From assembly GCA_016866975.1 (NCBI GenBank), contig VGKP01000021.1, positions 1-10,800 of the forward strand: a DNA stretch of 10,800 nucleotides, given 5' to 3'. The notes under the pieces were generated by a model that worked only from the letters and a program-made list of their open reading frames with translations, searched no databases and was not told the DNA's origin. Both the position numbers and the translations under genes were made by a program. Shown here one piece after another: positions 7,496-10,800 of this stretch (its first letter is position 1; the number at the start of each line of letters is the position of its first letter). This stretch comes from Candidatus Pacearchaeota archaeon. Lineage in GTDB: Archaea > Nanobdellota > Nanobdellia > Pacearchaeales > GW2011-AR1.

Positions 7496-8371
7496 ATGAA
7501 ATTAAAAAAAATACATTGGATAGGCATAGTATTTGGAATAATACTATTTGTAGTGGCGCTGATATTTTTCAGAGGCGATACTGACAGGAATCTTTTCATT
7601 TTCGTTCTTGGGCTAGCATTTACGGCAATTGCTCTGCCATTCATCTTAGACATAATGCTTGAAAACAAAAGAGACCAGGAAATTGGAGAGATGTTCCTTG
7701 AATTCTCCAGAAATCTGGCTGAAAGCGTAGTTACTGGCACTCCGGTAAGCAAGAGCATAATAAATATGAAATCGAAAAATTATGGTCCTCTCACTCCTTA
7801 TATAGTCAAACTTGGGAATCAGATTGCTTTAGGCATTCCTGTGAACAAAGCACTTCAAACTTTTGCATATGAAGTAGACAACCCGATAATAACGCGTGCT
7901 GTCACATTGATAAGTGAGGCAGAGAAAGCTGGAGGGGATATAGACTATATATTGGATTCTGCGGCAAAGTCTATCGCAGAAGTAGAGAAACTGAAAAAAG
8001 AGAGAAAAGCGGGAATATCTACTTTGGTAGTGCAAGGGTACATCATATTTTTCATATTCATAGGCATTATGATGGTCATGGAATACAAGATATTGCCATT
8101 GACATCTGGAATAAGCCAATTGGGAGGATTTAATATAAACATACAGAATCTAAAAAATGTGGAGTTAAAGCAGGTAGGAGATGATAAGAAACAGGCCCAG
8201 GACCTGGCTGCGCCTTTCCTCTATCTTTTAATGTCCCAAGGTTTTTGTGCTGGACTGGTGATAGGAAAACTAAGCGAAGGCACAATAAAGGCAGGACTGA
8301 AACATTCTTTCATATTGTGTATAGCGGCCTTGCTTATAACGACTGGAGTGAGAGTAGCTACTGGTTCTTAG
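7496..8371 (+). CDS. Type IV pilus membrane platform protein 2 (TadC/T2SSF-like), 291 aa
   Basis: Two N-terminal TM helices, FLEFSRNLAESVVTG...AEKAGGDIDYILDSAA cytoplasmic domain, C-terminal TMs with GLVIGKLSEG. Confidence 0.87.
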   Translation: MKLKKIHWIGIVFGIILFVVALIFFRGDTDRNLFIFVLGLAFTAIALPFILDIMLENKRDQEIGEMFLEFSRNLAESVVTGTPVSKSIINMKSKNYGPLTPYIVKLGNQIALGIPVNKALQTFAYEVDNPIITRAVTLISEAEKAGGDIDYILDSAAKSIAEVEKLKKERKAGISTLVVQGYIIFFIFIGIMMVMEYKILPLTSGISQLGGFNINIQNLKNVELKQVGDDKKQAQDLAAPFLYLLMSQGFCAGLVIGKLSEGTIKAGLKHSFILCIAALLITTGVRVATGS

Positions 8372-9125
8372 CCTTTTTTATGATGTAAAATATCTCATTG
8401 GTAGTCTCAAAAATATCGAAAGCCAAATTCTCTTCTAAAACTATCTTCTCAAACCACGTCCTTCTCTTTCGCCTCATATTTTTTCCTGATAGAGTAACAG
8501 TTGAAAAACTAACAATTATATATTTACAGTCAAGACCATTCAACAAAGATCTGGTCAATCTGTGAGTGTCGCCTCCGACTATCTCAATTATCTTCCATAA
8601 TAAACAGAGATCCGCCTTCGGAAGATCGGAATTGAATTTTCTTATGTCAAATACAAATGCATGCCCCTCTATGCCGTGACTCTTGAAATAGTTATTAATA
8701 ATATCAATCTCATCCTGTCTGATATCGCAAGCATTATACAGGAGCTCTGGAGAAGCAAGTGCCAGAGGATTTAAGCCGCAACCTATATCCAATATGCTCT
8801 TTATACCAAGAGATTTTATCTTTTCCTTGATTAACTGGTAAAAATCCGTCCGCTCATAAGTAGATAAATGTGTCTTAAGCAGTTCTTGGGCATCTAATAC
8901 TCCCTTCCTTTTCTTTCCAGTTTTTCCTTTCTGAAACATGCCTGTTGAACGATGAAGAAGCGCGCGTATTTCTTTGACAAGAATCTTGATCTGATGAGGG
9001 GTAATTTCAACCTTAGGAAATTTTTTGAGCACTTTTTCCACAGTTTCCAATATAAGAGTATCAGGAAGAGTGGAGAATTCGTTCTTTTTCTTTACTTCTT
9101 CTAGAAGTATTGCTCTGATATCCAT
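8358..9125 (-). CDS. SAM-dependent methyltransferase, FmrO/Arm/Rmt/Sgm-like (16S rRNA m7G1405 type), 255 aa
   Basis: KEIRALLHRSTGMF (cf. K..LH...G in this family), HLSTYER (family HxSTxER), LDIGCGLNP SAM motif, ACDI, DLCLLWK, IVSFSTVTLSGK. ATG 9125 preferred over TTG 9128. Confidence 0.8.
   Translation of the reverse strand: MDIRAILLEEVKKKNEFSTLPDTLILETVEKVLKKFPKVEITPHQIKILVKEIRALLHRSTGMFQKGKTGKKRKGVLDAQELLKTHLSTYERTDFYQLIKEKIKSLGIKSILDIGCGLNPLALASPELLYNACDIRQDEIDIINNYFKSHGIEGHAFVFDIRKFNSDLPKADLCLLWKIIEIVGGDTHRLTRSLLNGLDCKYIIVSFSTVTLSGKNMRRKRRTWFEKIVLEENLAFDIFETTNEIFYIIKKAKNQ
8374..8379 (+). terminator. Possible oligo-T terminator after the second platform gene
   Basis: T6 run 2 nt after the TAG at 8371; it is also Lys codons of the opposite-strand gene, so support is weak. 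Confidence 0.3.
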
Positions 9126-9147
9126 CAATCATTAAGAGATAAGCGAT

Positions 9148-9159
9148 ATTTAAAACTAG
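9148..9159 (-). promoter_or_regulatory. BRE-TATA of the methyltransferase (CTAG-TTTTAAAT on the minus strand)
   Basis: TATA begins 30 nt upstream of ATG 9125; TAGTTTTAAATA is identical to the ATPase promoter core. Confidence 0.6.
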
Positions 9160-9202
9160 CAATGGTCCCTAAAAGATGTCAAAGAGATATATTGAAGCAA
9201 CG

Positions 9203-9210
9203 TATATAAA
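9203..9210 (+). promoter_or_regulatory. TATA box (TATATAAA) for pilin-like genes 4 and 5
   Basis: 29 nt upstream of ATG 9232; divergent from the methyltransferase promoter. Confidence 0.55.
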
Positions 9211-9231
9211 CTGAAGTTGTCTAGTCGCATC

Positions 9232-9981
9232 ATGAATAAAAGAGGAATAGAACATATAGAAATGATTCTTTCTTTTGTGATATTTGCAGGTGCTTTGATA
9301 ATTGCGTTTGCTTACTTCAAGCCATTCTCAGTACCTCATACCAGCGAATCTCTGCTTGACCAGATATATTCAAATGTTGAAGAAAGAGTAAGTACTGACC
9401 TTGTATTTGCAAGCTTAGTCGTCAATGCAAGCCAGATATCAACAAATCATAGATTCACCTTGAATATGAGCAAGCCTTTCCCGCAACCTTGGCAGGTCAG
9501 AGCAATCACTGCTTCAGGTACTGTATTAAAAAGTGAAATTATAGACAGAAATGTTGGGGAAGTTGAATTCGACTGGAGTAGGTCAAATCATCCTTTTGTG
9601 ACATTGATATTTGGAAAAGATATAGTTGAAAGTGAGAAGCCTTCAAATACAAAACAGCCTGGAGTCAATGACTCGATACCTGGAGCAAATAAGATAGAGG
9701 CACTTGTTGTGGCTTCAGTTAACTCAAGAAAAGTTCTATCTGAGAAAAAAGTCATTGACCTTGTATCTGCATACCAGTCTGATCCCTCAGGCACTAAAAA
9801 AGTGCTAGGCATTCCTCCTGAAATATCATATGGATTCATCTTTGTGTCTGCATCTGGCAAGATAATAACAGACGTGCCGTTACAACAAGCCTCAGATTTC
9901 AGGATCAAGAGCAAGAGATTAGATTCTATATTGAAGAATGATAAGCTTGAATACAGTGAGTTGGGAGTTGGAATATGGTAG
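9232..9981 (+). CDS. Pilin-like protein 4 (class III signal-like), 249 aa
   Basis: MNKRG|IEHIEMILSFVIFAGALIIAFAYF with Glu+5 and a single N-terminal hydrophobic helix. ATG 9232 preferred over TTG 9217 (TATA spacing, short basic leader). Confidence 0.78.
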   Translation: MNKRGIEHIEMILSFVIFAGALIIAFAYFKPFSVPHTSESLLDQIYSNVEERVSTDLVFASLVVNASQISTNHRFTLNMSKPFPQPWQVRAITASGTVLKSEIIDRNVGEVEFDWSRSNHPFVTLIFGKDIVESEKPSNTKQPGVNDSIPGANKIEALVVASVNSRKVLSEKKVIDLVSAYQSDPSGTKKVLGIPPEISYGFIFVSASGKIITDVPLQQASDFRIKSKRLDSILKNDKLEYSELGVGIW

Positions 9982-10379
9982 GAAAGAGAGGCTGGCTTAG
10001 GATAGCTGAGGCGTGCATAGCAATATTAATAGTAATGGCGATGTTGTTGCTGATGGCCAGAACAAAGTCAGTTGAAGGCCAGGACTTTACATCTAACCTT
10101 CCTGCAATACTAGATGAGATATCCCGCACAGAATCGTTCAGGGAGAAGATAGTGAAGGATGACCCTTCGATAAAAGCTGAACTCGAGAGATTTGTTAAAG
10201 CAAGACTGCCGCAGATAGGGGCTGATTTCGCACTTTTGATATGCAAAACAACAGACCCTTGCAAACTTGAATCAGTTCCTGCAAAGGATGTATATGCAAG
10301 CGAGAGGTTTATTGGTGGCTCATTGACAACATCCCCTCATTCAGAGACAAAAAGAATAAGGCTTTTTGTATGGAGGTAG
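9975..10379 (+). CDS. Pilin-like protein 5 (class III signal-like), 134 aa
   Basis: MVGKRG|WLRIAEACIAILIVMAMLLLMA; CxxxxxC pair; 7-nt overlap with the upstream gene. Confidence 0.78.
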   Translation: MVGKRGWLRIAEACIAILIVMAMLLLMARTKSVEGQDFTSNLPAILDEISRTESFREKIVKDDPSIKAELERFVKARLPQIGADFALLICKTTDPCKLESVPAKDVYASERFIGGSLTTSPHSETKRIRLFVWR

Positions 10380-10405
10380 TCTGTCTTCGAAAGTGTATCG
10401 CCAAG

Positions 10406-10413
10406 TTTATAAA
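10406..10413 (+). promoter_or_regulatory. TATA box (TTTATAAA) of the secreted FN3-like gene
   Basis: 29 nt upstream of ATG 10435. Confidence 0.55.
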
Positions 10414-10434
10414 GTTTCAATTTCTCACGATAAG

Positions 10435-10800
10435 ATGAAAAAGAAGGTATCGAGTTTAATCTTTTTAGTATTTCTTAGTTTAATTCCTTTTTTTTCTTCT
10501 GTGAGCATAGTGAGTGCGGCTACTGGATGCGATGCTACAGCTACTCCAGCTCCAGTTATTACAAAGGGAGATTCTGTTTGCAGTTCAAACTCTATCAGTG
10601 GAGATAACGATTATTTTCTAAGAAATACTATAAGGTGGAGCCCGGTAACTGGGGCAACCAGTTACGAGATTTAATATGGCAAACAGGGCGTAGCTAATCC
10701 TGATCAAGCACAAACTGGACTTATAGGTACAACTACCTCTACCAGCTATAATGATGAAAGAGCAGCAGTCCTTGCCAGGCCAGTTTACCAAGGATATGCC
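10435..10800 (+). pseudogene. Secreted fibronectin type III-like surface protein with an in-frame TAA at 10672-10674; frame stays open to the window end
   Basis: Signal peptide MKKKVSSLIFLVFLSLIPFFSSVSIVSA|A, then TIRWSPVTGATSYEI*YGKQGVANPDQAQTGLIGTTTSTSYND, an FN3-like pattern spanning the stop, with 42 open codons after it. May instead be a sequencing error. Confidence 0.6.

Noticed and set aside
4826-7511. A8 runs (4826-4833, 7504-7511) as phase-variation tracts
   Set aside because: Short, explained by Lys codons in AT-rich DNA, and both frames are intact.
2827-8371. Archaellum (FlaI/FlaJ) or conjugative VirB11 system
   Set aside because: No FlaH/F/G, archaellin-type globular signature or VirB4/relaxase in the window; two separate TadC-like genes plus pilins fit a pilus better.
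6369-10264. Minus-strand ORFs 6369-6650, 7459-7758, 7829-8119, 7945-8142, 9588-9914, 9926-10264
   Set aside because: Shadows of the platform and pilin-like genes.
9217-10434. Track starts at TTG 9217 and TTG 10366 (also TTG 2245 and 9128)
   Set aside because: Downstream ATGs restore signal peptides at the N-terminus and match the 29-31 nt TATA spacing or an ATGA overlap.
10645-10665. 8-bp inverted repeat GTAACTGG-GGCAA-CCAGTTAC 6 nt upstream of the internal TAA as a readthrough signal
   Set aside because: It lies 5' of the stop whereas recoding elements are usually 3'; TAA is not a Sec/Pyl codon; one 8-bp stem can occur by chance.
1-10800. tRNA, rRNA or CRISPR array
   Set aside because: No cloverleaf, rRNA-like tract or regularly spaced direct repeats seen; intergenic gaps are too short.

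Overview
Archaeal chromosomal window using the standard code (genes end in TAA, TAG and TGA). Gene style suggests DPANN, Pacearchaeota/Woesearchaeota-like; this is inference only. It starts with a structured intergenic region and thioredoxin reductase (trxB), followed by a type IV pilus-like locus. The locus has three class III signal-peptide proteins, a TadA/VirB11/FlaI-family ATPase interrupted by a 542-aa LAGLIDADG intein, a 53-aa ORF missed by the ORF track, and two TadC/T2SSF platform genes. Next come an oppositely oriented FmrO/Arm/Rmt-like (16S rRNA m7G1405-type) methyltransferase, two more pilin-like genes, and a secreted fibronectin-III-like gene broken by an in-frame TAA. Highlights: (i) the intein ends in atypical Phe-Asp/Thr rather than His-Asn and sits at GPTF|TIRKF; (ii) an aminoglycoside-resistance-type rRNA methyltransferase homolog lies inside an archaeal pilus locus; (iii) TATA boxes sit 29-31 nt upstream of seven start codons, and one orphan TATA precedes a hairpin with no ORF. 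All family calls come from motif recognition by eye, not database searches.
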